From Octopus vulgaris (Eukaryota), in assembly GCA_951406725.2 (NCBI GenBank), contig OX597818.1, positions 136,772,001-136,836,000 on the forward strand: 64,000 nucleotides of DNA, given 5' to 3'. The notes under the pieces were generated by a model, which was not told where the DNA came from, did no database searches, and saw only the letters and a program-made list of their open reading frames with translations. The translations under genes were made by a program, and so were the position numbers. Shown here piece by piece: positions 39,590 to 50,942 of this stretch; within the stretch, counting starts at the first letter, position 1; every line of letters begins with the position of its first letter.

Positions 39590-40000
39590 TCTACATAATA
39601 CATAAAGTGGTCTGTTGTAAACGTGACCTATACTACAATGGGGGCACCATCAGAAAGCTGCATACAGCATTAAAGAACATATGCACACAAACACATCAGT
39701 TTATAAACACTTGCTGAAGTGTCATACCCAGGATTTTACTTCAACTATCAGAGTCTTGGAATGCCATATTAGGAATCTATGAATCAAGGAAGCTATTTGA
39801 ATAAATTTCGACTTTTGTTAACAGACAAGAACTATATAAGGCAGACTAATTACTATAACACCAGTCTGCATATGTCACTATCCTCTCCCATATATCTGAC
39901 GAAAGATAATAGCTCTATACCATCTCTCAATTCTCCATGTGTCCTGATGAAAGTACTACCCCCAAATATCAAAGAAATACGGGGTAAAACATTAAATGTT
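39590..40000 (+). pseudogene. Penelope-like GIY-YIG endonuclease relic and downstream pseudo-LTR region
   Basis: HKVVCCKRDLYYNGGTIRKLHT / IKEHMHTNTSVYKHL...NL*IKEAI*I after one frameshift; CTGACGA (39896) and CTGATGA (39944) motifs downstream. Confidence 0.7.
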
Positions 40001-40003
40001 TCC

Positions 40004-40482
40004 TAGATGAACATCAATGGAATTTGTATCTTGTGGTACCAGTGCCGGTGGCACATAAGAAAACCATCCAAACATGGCCGTAGCCAGTACCGCATCGACT
40101 GGCCTCCGTGCTGTGGGCACGTAACAAACACCATCCGATCGTGGCCGTTCGCCAGCCTCATCTGGCACCTGTGTCGGTGGCACATAAAAAACACCATCCG
40201 AGCGCGGCCGTCTGCCAGCCTCGTCTGGCACCTGTGTCGGTGGCACATAAAAAACACCATCCGAGCGTGGCCGTTCGCCAGCCTCGTCTGGCACTTGTGT
40301 CGGTGGCACATAAAATCACCCACTACACTCTCGGAGTGGTTGGCGTTAGGAAGGGCATCCAGCTGTAGAAACACTGCCAGATCTGACTGGCCTGGTGCAG
40401 CCTTCTGGCTCCCCAGACCCCAGTTGAACCGTCCAACCCATGCTAGCATGGAAAGCGGATGTTAAACGATGATGATGATGAT
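40004..40482 (+). mobile_element. Family B tail, inverted relative to 39062-39585
   Basis: 62-bp repeats, family motif, (GAT)n tail. Confidence 0.88.
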
Positions 40483-41330
40483 TTCAGTATTTCATCTGTT
40501 TTGCATTGTTCTAGCCTTTTAACAACTCATAATCAAATTTAATATCACACAATGCTTCACTCAGTCTTGGTATAATTTTGCTTCTAAGTAGCTTTGTCAT
40601 TGACCTCAAAAACTTGTTTTTCCCCTAAAAGACAACTGCCCAAAACACTGGATTTATCACTTCTCGTGGCAAATTAATTCATTGTAATTTATTTCATCTA
40701 TGAACTTTATATAATAAAAAATAAGATGAAAAAAAAATGCAAGAGAAAGAAAGTCATCATCTGCCATTATGAAAATGATGGCAAGATAAGGTGAAGAATA
40801 CCATTTCAGGTATTTTAGTGTTTGAATCTTCAGTTTAGTGGATTCTCTCTGCTGATTCTGATAACAGTGACAGCAGTAAGGTTAATGGAATTGTGATTAT
40901 CACATAACAATCAACAAAAGAAAGGTACACAACAAAAACAGGATCATTGAGTGAAGTCGCTCGGTAGCAGTGAGATGCCGATAATGGTTACAGATATAAT
41001 ATTAGAAAACAACATAACAGTTGCTATTGTCTGTTTGTCATAAGCAAGAAAGTGGTGTATGAAACAGTGCAGAGAAGCCAAACATGTTCAAATTTAATGT
41101 ATAGTTTGGAAAATTAGACAATATGATGGAGGAATTCTATTGCAATTGGATATTGGTTTCTATCTTTTTCTGATAGAAGCCTCTTCAATTAAATGAAAAC
41201 ATACCTAAGAAAATAGGACTGATATCTGCTTGTCTTTTGCAGTACATACACATGCACATACCTGGGTGGAAATGTTTGTTTTTTTTCTTATTCAGTTAAA
41301 GTAGTTACTACTGGAATTATATAATTTATT

Positions 41331-41746
41331 ATAAGAAATACTAATTACTAACATTCGTGTTAGATTGACAGTATACAACCATTCTATCGCCTCACCACCG
41401 TACATGTCTCTACGAGAGATTTAGAAATTTAGTATTTCTTATTTTGATAATCAGTGAATAGACTTCACTGAATTATAGATATATACAATACGAAGTCGAG
41501 ACAAATATTGCCGGCTGACCGGTGTCTGCTACTCTAGGCCGATGAAGGACAATGATCCTGAAACACGTGTCCCTAGATGCAGCTCCGGCGGCCGGGGGTG
41601 TTTGTCTCCCCTTCGTAAATGTATATAACGACACAGGGAAAAATGTGTCAAAGCCATCAGGAGGCGTTGATGCTTTCTAGGGCTATACAGCGGTGGTGTA
41701 CCCCCCTACTGTCACGTTCGTGTTAGATGGACAGTATACAACCATT
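41331..41746 (+). mobile_element. Candidate retrozyme / Penelope-mobilised hammerhead-containing monomer (363-bp period)
   Basis: 33-bp direct repeats 41351-41383 and 41714-41746 (2 mismatches), internal hammerhead, flanking TTAWATAATTTATT duplication. Confidence 0.75.
41533..41577 (+). ncRNA. Minimal type I hammerhead ribozyme (U4C core variant)
   Basis: TCTAGG-CCGATGA-AGGA(caatga)TCCT-GAA-AC(acgt)GT-C-CCTAGA: stems I, II and III all pair; predicted cleavage after GUC at 41571. Confidence 0.8.
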
Positions 41747-42104
41747 TTAAATAATTTATTGTTCTGTCTTAAAGAATTGGCAGGCATATGAATGACTATG
41801 CTTCACTGAAGAAGTTTAATAAGGCAGAAATATGCCTGGAATTGTAACTCCTGTCTGTAGAATAGATTATTCTTCACTTCACTGATTGTTTACTTCCAAT
41901 TCTAATTTAAGCGAGACATTGATGCATCGATTCGTTTCAAAAGTTTTTGTTTGATTTGCTTTTGAGTTGTCACCCTTGCTTTTGTGTTTGGTTAATTGAG
42001 GGCAGTTATTCTCAACCTTTTTGACTCTGTGGCAAATTAGAGTTTAATAAAATGTAAGACAATACAGAAACTATTATGTCTTTACTTGGTCTTTTTAATT
42101 TTAA

Positions 42105-42512
42105 TCTTTTACTTGTTTCAGTCATTAGACTGCAGCCATGCTGGGGCACCGCCTTGAAGAAATTTATAGTCAAATGCATCAACTCCAGTACCTTTTTTTG
42201 TTTCAAGCCTGTTACTTATGCTGTTGATCTCTTTTGCCGAAACACTAAAATACGGGGACATAAACACACCAACACCGGTTGCCAAGTGGTGGAGGCAAGG
42301 ATAAACACAGACACACATACATAGACACACACACACACACACACACATACAACAGGTTTCTATCAATTTCTGTCTACCAAATCCACTCATAAGGCTTCAG
42401 TTGGTCTGAGGGTATATATAGAAGACACTTGCCCAAGGTGCCACACAGTGGGACTGAGCCCGGAACCATGTGGTTGGGAAGCAAGCTTCTTACCACACAG
42501 CCACAACTGCAC
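42105..42512 (-). mobile_element. Older SINE family A
   Basis: Consensus match with private variants. Confidence 0.85.
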
Positions 42513-43984
42513 CTGGCAGTTTAATATTGCAGCCATATTTCCGTTGCCTCACTATCAATAAAAAATGCCATATTGATTTTTTAACTGGCTGTTGAAATGG
42601 CTGACCAATGCTTTGCGAGGAAGAAACTCTGAAGAAGCCCATTGCATGTGTAGGTGTTAGTCATTATGTTTGCTGTTGCATTAATGCTATTTGAAGAATC
42701 TGCATTTCATGTCTTGTATCTTAGTGGGGTAATTAAAGAGAGAACACTAATATAAGAAACCAGACTTTGAAATAAGTGCTGAGATCAATACAATGGACAA
42801 CAATACTTCAAGGTATTACCCCGATATGGTTGTAGATCAGTGATTGAAACCAGTAAAAGCATAACAGAGATGAGAAAATGACGAAGATACAAACATTGTT
42901 GGAAGAAAAGACGACAATGTAGATAACAGCAGAAGTGTTTTAGAGAATCATTAAAACAAGAACAAAAACAACAAGAATAACATCAACCTCAAGAAGTACC
43001 ACAGAAACAACAATTGCCAGAACACCGCCAGCTACCACCACCACCACCACCACCACCACAATAATAACAACTACCAGAACCATACCTACAGCAGCCAGAA
43101 CCATTATACCAATGAAAGTTTTATTGCTTTCCTGTTTGGTTTCTGAGTTTTTTCTCTCTCTCTTGAACATAAAAAGGTGGAATCTATTTGCTAATTTTTC
43201 AATCGGAATTTTCTACCACCTCCGGCTGAACGGTTATTTCTTTTTAGCCTTCTATTTTATTCTCCACCCCCACCCCCCACCTGCCACTTTAATTGATCAA
43301 TGATCAATGAATCAGTAATAATATAAACATATAAGTAAAAATAGATAAGTGAATATAGTTTCGAATAAAATATTTAGAATACAGAGAAAGAAAGAAAGAA
43401 AGAAAGAAAGAACAAGAACAAAAATATAAATAAATGGTAAGTGAAGAAATATATTAGGAAGAAATAAACATGGTTTTTCGTTTTTGCAAACAATAAAAGC
43501 AATCAAATAATAAATTAAATAAATGAATACAAAAAGAAAAATATAATTAGATAGAAATTAGGAAAAAAATTGCATAAATTTTAAATACATATAAATATAT
43601 TACAGCAATGTTTAGATACATTATGTGTTGTGTTTGTTTAGTTCCTTAACTTAAAGGAGAGATAGGAGTATTCATAAACTTTAGAGTCCCTTTGAGTATG
43701 GTGAGGTTATTGCTTGTGTTTTGATCTTGCAAATCTATGTTCAAAGATGTTGAGTTTGCTTGACACACAATAGGATAATATTATTATTCAATATGTGCTT
43801 CCTTTAGAAGCACACATTGTGTCATATGAAGAAAATTTAGCTGCTATTTGTAGCAGGTTGGGTGACTAAATAGAGGCTCCTTTATTGGCTTCCCTTTTGT
43901 GGGTTGAAAGCAATACTGGTTGGGAGAGATTTCTAGGAAGAACCAGTTCTAGGTAGTGAGAAAACATATGAGAAATGACAGGGT

Positions 43985-45100
43985 TGGCCAGCTGGAGAGC
44001 AGAAGAGGTGGAGAGCAGGCCAACTGGAGCGCAAGTCAAATGGAGAGCAACCCAAATGGAGCGCAAATCAAATGGAGAGCAACTCAAATCGAGAGCAGGC
44101 CAACTGGAGAGCAAGTCAAATGGAGTGAAGGCCAACTGGAGAGCAAGTCAAATGGAGTGAAGGTCAACTGGAGAGCAAGTCAAATGGAGTGAAGGCCAAC
44201 TGGAGAGAAGGTTGTGGGTTGAAAGCAATACTGGTTGGGAGAGATTTCTAGGAAGAACCAGTTCTAGGTGGTGAGAAGACATGAGAAATGACAGGGTTGG
44301 CCAGCAGAAGAGCAGGCCAGTTGGAGAGCAAGTCAAATGGAGAGCAGGCCAGCTGGAGAGCAAGTCAAATGGAGAGCAGGCCAACTGGATAGCAAGTCAA
44401 ATGGAGTGAAGGCCAACTGGAGAGCAAGCCATCGGGAGAGAAGGCCAGCCGGAGAGCAAGTCAAATGGAGAGTAAGTATAATGGAGAGCAGGCCAGTTGG
44501 GGAGCTAATCAAATGGAAAGCAGGCCAACTGGAGAGCAAGTCAAAATACACACACACATACAACAGGCTTTCAATTTCTGTCTAGCAAGTCCACTCATAA
44601 GGCTTCAGTTGGTCTGAGGCTATATATAGCCAAATGGGGAGCAGGCCAGCTGGAGAGCAAGTCAAAATACACACACATACAACAGGCCAACTGGAGAGCA
44701 AGTCAAATGGAGAGCAAGCCAAATGGAGAACAAGTCAAATGGAGAGCAGGCCAGCTGGAGAGCAGGACAAATGGAGAGCAAGTCTAATGGAGAGCAGGCC
44801 AGATGGAGGGCTGGCCAACTGCAGAGCACACCTACTGGAGGGCTGGCCAGCTGGAGAGCAAGTCAAATGGAGAACAAGCCAACTGGAGAGCAGGTCAAAT
44901 GGAGAGGAGGCCAACTGGAGAGCAGGCTGACTGGAGAGCAGGCCAACTGGAGAGCATGCCAGCTGGAGAGCAGGTCAACTGGAGAGAAAGCCAACTGGAG
45001 AGCAAGCCAGCTGGAGAGAAGGCCAACTGCAGAACAGGCCTACTGTTTATTTCTTCCCAACTGGAGAGCAAGTCAACTGGAGAGCAGGTCAGCTGGAGAG
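43985..45100. repeat. 16/32-bp minisatellite (GGAGAGCAGGCCAACT / GGAGAGCAAGTCAAAT)
   Basis: Dozens of degenerate units; contains duplicated flank and SINE pieces. Confidence 0.95.
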
Positions 45101-45458
45101 GCAGCACAGGGTTGAGTGAATTCTGTAGTTATGCAAAGGGCTGTGGCATTCTTTTGGAGCTAGTCCTGAAAAATGTACCTAAGGCACTCTGTAAAGTGGT
45201 TGGTGTTGGAGAGGGTATCGATCCTTAAAAACCAAACCAGATGTTTGAACAAAATGTGATTCTCTAACATTTCAGATTGTGTCCAACCATCCTAACCATA
45301 TAAGCATGGTAAGCAGATGTAAAATTATGTCAATGATGATTCATTTATTTATTTCTTCCACTGTCTTTTATTTGTTTCAGTTACTGAACTGTGGCCATGT
45401 TGGGGCACCACTTCAAATGCTTTAGTCAAACAAATCGACTTCAGCACTTACTTTTTAA

Positions 45459-45677
45459 CCCTTTAGTGTTCTGATTAGTCTATCATACATATTGCTAATT
45501 GATTCCCATTGATTTGAATTAATCAAGCATTATCTCATGTCTTCAAGATCTTGATGGTGTAATTACTTAATGTAGAATAACATTGTAGGGTAGGTGTGAG
45601 AGCCTGGATCTGGTCAGTTTGAACATAAAACAGATTAAATATTTTGGCTGGATATGGCCGGTTTAAATACTAAAGGG
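45459..45677. mobile_element. piggyBac-like MITE E1 (219 bp) inserted into a SINE A tail
   Basis: TTAA TSDs (45455-58, 45678-81) and perfect 9-bp TIRs. Confidence 0.9.
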
Positions 45678-46099
45678 TTAAGTCTGGCCCTTACTTTGTT
45701 GGTCTCTTTTGCCAAATTGCTGAGTTATGACTATAAAACAGTGCCTGAATAACATGCATTCGCCTAATCCATATTAACAAGGCAAAACAAATTTGTATAA
45801 CATATTTTATGCCAAAGAAAGGTTTAATGTAGTTTAACACAGTTTATAAAGCTTACACTGTGGAAAGTAAACAAAAGTGAATACATTATGTTATTCTCTT
45901 TGCACAGAGAAAAATTTATGCATGGATGGAAGGAAGTTGTGGAAGAGGGTGACCCAGGAGCACGTGGGACAAAATACTTAAAACACTGAACCTTATGAAG
46001 ATGACAGAAGTCTGAGATATGTGGCACATTGCTGTACTCAAGAAGTTCCACCCACCACAATAGACTTGAGATCCTAAAACCAAGATGCCACATAAAGAG

Positions 46100-46620
46100 T
46101 GTAAAGGGAACTGGTTGCTTCTTTACACTTTTGGGGTGCAACTTGGGTGCAACACAATTTCCTTTCTTTTTGTTTCTAGAAACTACCAGTCAGGAACGAA
46201 ACGCAAGTTTATAAATATATACAATTCTTTATTCTCTTATTCAACAACGAAACATGATGGTATACTGGTATCCACCTAGTTCAACACAGCAAGGCTGAAT
46301 TCTAACGTTTGTAAGCTTTTTACAACAATTCAGCATTAATAGAACAGGTTAAATCCTAAGCGTCTGGGACAGGAGAATAGGCTGATCACACGTTTAAAAT
46401 ACGTCCTTTCTCTTCTATCGCCGTATCTCAAGTTCCCGATGCTATTAAGGAACGCGACAGAATTTCTTCTTCAGTCTCTAGCGCATGTGCATGAGGGAAC
46501 TTCCTTATGCCTTTCCAGAAGGTTCCAACCCTGCACACGCACACTGAAGAAGGACGTTCCGCACACGCACACTGAAGAATGACGTTGCGTGTGCGCACAC
46601 TGGAATATGACGTCACTACA
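46100..46620 (-). mobile_element. Solo LTR (521 bp), Gypsy-like
   Basis: TGTA...TACA ends, 4-bp TSD AGAG, minus-strand AATAAA at 46228-46233, CpG-richer than flanks, 3x ~29-bp internal repeat. Confidence 0.72.
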
Positions 46621-47227
46621 AGAGCATTGATATGGGTGCTGGTGCCAAGTTGAAAGCACCTGCTACACTCTGTGAAGTGATTGGCATTAGGTAGAAACCA
46701 ATCCAAAACAGACTATGGAACATGGTGCCAGCCCTGGACTTGCCAGTTCCTGTGAAGCCATCGAACCCATGCCAGCATGAAGAGCAGATGTTAGATGATG
46801 ATGATGATGATGAATGTGTGTGTGTCTACTGTCCATTAATTTTCGTATAAAACCCTAATTATTTTTTAATTATCATCAACCATAGGTATATTATGATGGA
46901 TTACTACAAACGTTGTACAACAGAACCACACCAGAATGGAAATCTGAGGAACATCATTTTGTTTTTATCTTGATTTTAAACATGTTACATGATAGCAGCC
47001 TTGGGCTTTTGTCTTTCATTACCAAATTTCTTCAAAAGCACTTTTATGACACGAATTCCAAAAAAAACTAGAGTATCATATTCCTTGGCCGCTTTCAAGA
47101 CCTCATTTTTTTTTTTTTTACAATAGCAATGGCACAGTAAGAAAGAAACTAATACATCTTGTGTTCATTGGATTGTTTGAAAATATTTTATAGAGCAGAT
47201 CTTTTTCACAAAACTGCTTTAAAGAAC

Positions 47228-47265
<38 letters not shown>

Positions 47266-47816
47266 TGATGCAGTACCAGGCAGTGGCTCTCATGGCTTCT
47301 GATCTTAACTGATTGGAAGTGTTAATCATGTACATTGTTTTGTCTTGGTATAAAAGATGGGCTACAGCAAATATTCTGCTTAATACCACAGATTTGCTTG
47401 TCAGTTGTTTGACCGTAACCAGTTGAGCATGTCCCTTGGTGGCTGATGATATGTGCATCTCTGATCACGAGCAGAAGTAGTGGGGGAGCATCATAGCCAT
47501 GTGTTGAGAGGGATTCTTTGGGGTTTGAATAATTCACCTCTGGAAACATGGGTGGTTCTTTCAACATCCTTAAACAACCCTTATTCAGTGACCTTTTGAG
47601 CGGGATGGGCTACTCAACCTGAAGAATATTCTAACTGGGCCCCACCTGCAAGGTCATGTGCTGTTTATCTTGATATGAGATCACCATGTCGCGCACATAT
47701 GGTTGTGATGCATGTGCCTGGTGTACCTTTATCAGACGGGTAGTCATGATGGGTATATTGGGCTTCGTATATTTTACCCCAGTGTCACTTTGATGGCATG
47801 AACTGCTCTCTCACTC
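47266..47816 (+). mobile_element. Family D, near full length, in a long (TAA)n array
   Basis: Long (TAA)n runs on both sides. Confidence 0.88.
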
Positions 47817-47822
47817 AATAAC

Positions 47823-47880
<58 letters not shown>

Positions 47881-49224
47881 CAAGCAAAAATGTGAAATTA
47901 TTTGGAGTCGTGATTCTGGTAGATTATAATCAAGTTATTCAGAAATATTTCCAAAATTGCACGCAGTAACGAGGTAATTGATATGAAAAACCTCACTTAA
48001 TACAATTCAAACATAAAATTATTGACTCCATTCTGCTGCTCTTATTGAACAGAACCATCTCTTCAAAAATGATGTATATGAAGTTGCATGGACACGCACG
48101 CACGCATGCACACACAAACACTTTATACTACATGGGCAAGTGTCAGTAAATGTATTTTTCATATACAATTTGAAAAATTGCATCAAATTATATTAATGTA
48201 CATCTCAGCATAATTGATTTAAACATGTACAATTAATAATTTCAAAATAATTTTATTTAAAAGTAAAAATTATGACAAGACACAACTGAACATTATTATT
48301 AATTAAAACATGTAAGAAATTATATATCTGCTGTTTAGCCCAAGGAAGACTTGATCATACTGATCTAAGATCAAAGGATGTCAGCCATGACCATTCCATC
48401 TGACTACTAGACATAGTACAACTAGGACTATGTTATGCAACTGTATCCTTTTTCTTTATATTAAAGCTAATTGAGAGAGATTTGAGGGTTCTTTGGCTGT
48501 TGTTTCTAGCTGATCAACTGATCATGTAGAGGTTCTTGTTTATCTGTATATTAGAATTTAAGACAAGAAACAAGTTTACAGAAAAATCTCACTAAATGGA
48601 GCATCAACATCTTGATAAACCCTCCCCGTTTCTTTCCTTTTGTCTTCCCTTCTCCCCTACTTGCTCTTTCTATTTTCCCTTCTTACCTTCCTTTTCTCCT
48701 TCTCCCTCTTCTTCTTTCTCTGCCCCCCCCCCAACCTTTCTATATCCTCTCTTCCTGTCTCCTTTTCCTTTCTTCCTGTCTCATCTCATTCATTTCCCTT
48801 CCTTTGTTTCTTTCTCTGTCACACACACACACACACACAAACACACAGGGGTGAATAACATGTGGTAAGCTACAAGTAACCTGATCTGGTTTCAATTCCC
48901 ACCTGAGGCTAATTTAGTTTGCCTCATGTCATCTCTTGCCCACAGCTCCAGCTGCAATCAATAACCGAGGGAAGCTGATTGTTCTCAATTAAACTAATTA
49001 CGCTTGACACACAACAGATGGCAGCTAGTCTTCAGTTACTCATTTCCAAAACAGTCTAAAACCCCAAACAAAACTCATCCCTTCTTTTGAATTCATTGAT
49101 TAGCACAGATTGGAGTGAGTGCCTGTATTAGCATCTAAAGAGTCAACAGAAGGTTTGTTAATTCCAACTGTCATGAAGAATATAAAAAATCAGATTCTTT
49201 ATACCTCATGGGAGCTGAACTTAC

Positions 49225-49327
49225 CAATGTAACCATCACCAGTTCCCTTCGATTCCATATTTCACTTCATATTAGCACCGACAGTCTTGACAATTGATGA
49301 CCAGTCCAGATTTCACTTTTACATTAT
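49225..49327 (-). other. Candidate exon (103 nt)
   Basis: G|GTAAGT donor; aaatATGg at 49258 gives MESKGTGDGYI; acceptor weak. Confidence 0.25.
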
Positions 49328-49918
49328 CTGAGTGACAGTGTCCCCTTGGGTGTGTTGTGGTTTCACCAAAGGACAGCAAATGTCAAGGGAATTGTAGTGG
49401 GAGTTAAGAGAAGTTGTGAATTTTTCCTAGCAATAAAATATTTAATCGAAACACTATACTTATATTTTAAGCACATACAAAAAACAAACTTTTTAGGGCA
49501 GTGGATGGATTGGCAAGATTGTTTGAGCTTTAGACAAGATGCTTTGTCATATCTGTTCCAGTTCTTTGCATTCAGAGTTCCATTTCTGCCTCTTATCACT
49601 TGTTTTGTTGAGGTAGGAAAAATGGCAGGTTCGAATTTCACACCATAATTTGGATTAATATGCAAGAATATGGAACTTGCAGTGAAGTGAGACAAACACA
49701 AACCAGAGCTGAGTGCTTTAGGAAACCATGGTTACAGGCAAAAAGAGAAGCGCTGTCCTGTTAACTTCATGGTTGAATGGTTATCATTTAAACATCACGT
49801 CAAATGCAGAACTTGAAATAAAAATAAATTCTTCTTAGAAAATAATTACTAAAATTTGCAAAAATATCAAACATTGTAAGGTTTTGTTAAAGAAATCATC
49901 AAGAAAAGGAATATTTAA

Positions 49919-50123
49919 ACCTTTTCTAACAGTATTTCTGCTGAAATACACTGTTTTTGCTTCAATAAATTTTTAAAATAATGATGAATTTATTAAAATA
50001 TTTTTGTCATTATTAAACTGGAGTTTGGAATATAAATTAACATGAAATTTTGATGCAAAGTTTTAATTTAGATAATTTTAAAACAAAGTTTGTATTATAG
50101 ATTGAAGGCTGGCATCAAAAGGG
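49919..50123. mobile_element. piggyBac-like MITE E2
   Basis: Ends AAAAGGG|TTAA; homologous to 4355-4591. Confidence 0.6.
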
Positions 50124-50174
50124 TTAACTTGATTTCTAAATTACTCTATCTCAGCATTAAAAAAAATTTGTTTC

Positions 50175-50349
50175 ACGGAGTGGTCTACACTCACGGAGTG
50201 ATTGGCATTAGGAAGGGCATCCAGCCGTAGAAACACTGCTAGATCAGACTGGGCCTGATGCAGCCTTCTGGCTTCACAGACCCCAGTTGAACCGTCCAAC
50301 CCATGCTAGCATGGAAAGCGGACGCTAAATGATGATGATGATGATGATG
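50175..50349 (+). mobile_element. Short family B tail
   Basis: AGGAAGGGCATCCAGCCGTAGAAAC motif and (GAT)n tail. Confidence 0.85.
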
Positions 50350-50942
50350 TCTGATTGTCTCTTGTAGGATTTAGAACTTAGTCTTTGTCCTGTTTAGCAT
50401 CTGATTCTAAAGACTGTCATCTGCTGTTAGTTTCGCATACATGTGGAAATAGTTGAACTCACAATGAGGAACATAGAAGTTATGATTTATTAATTTTTCT
50501 TTTAAATTTAATCATTTAGTCAGAGAAAGAAAAACTTGCAAGACCTGATGAGTGGAAGGACTCTTGAGACCAAAGACCAGGCCTGTATGTTAGCAACAGA
50601 GTGGACTCCACCCAGGACACTGCGAAACAAATGTGATAGTGATAAACCAAGAGGCAGATTAAGTCTACCATCTATGAACAGGAACTGTCCTTTTGAAGAT
50701 AATCCACACAGTTTCTGCCTACTAAATTTTATGAGCAATGCTTTGATTGACTCAGGTCTAAGATAGAAGACATTTTCCAAGGTGGGATTGAACCTGAAAT
50801 CATGAGTTGTAAAGCAAACTTCTTAAGCTTAAGATAGGTATCAAATTGGCAGAGTCGTTAGAGCATCTGACAGAATGCTTTGCAGTATTTGTTGCATACA
50901 AGCTGTGCTTTGAATTTGAATCCTCCATAAGGATGAATCCTT

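Noticed and set aside
39077-40465. Repetitive Cys/His/Arg-rich ORFs (CHRHRCQ), also at 1.4 kb and 12.5-15.5 kb
   Set aside because: Open in several frames on both strands because of 62-bp repeat units
43956-45228. WRAGQLES repeat proteins
   Set aside because: The 16-bp unit is not a multiple of three and frames shift constantly
48940-49140. Enhancer-like cluster of E-boxes and TAAT motifs
   Set aside because: Short motifs are expected by chance; needs conservation or chromatin data
50520-50780. CTGATGA motif and a 76-aa ORF
   Set aside because: No GAAA or stem III, no convincing splice sites and no recognised homology
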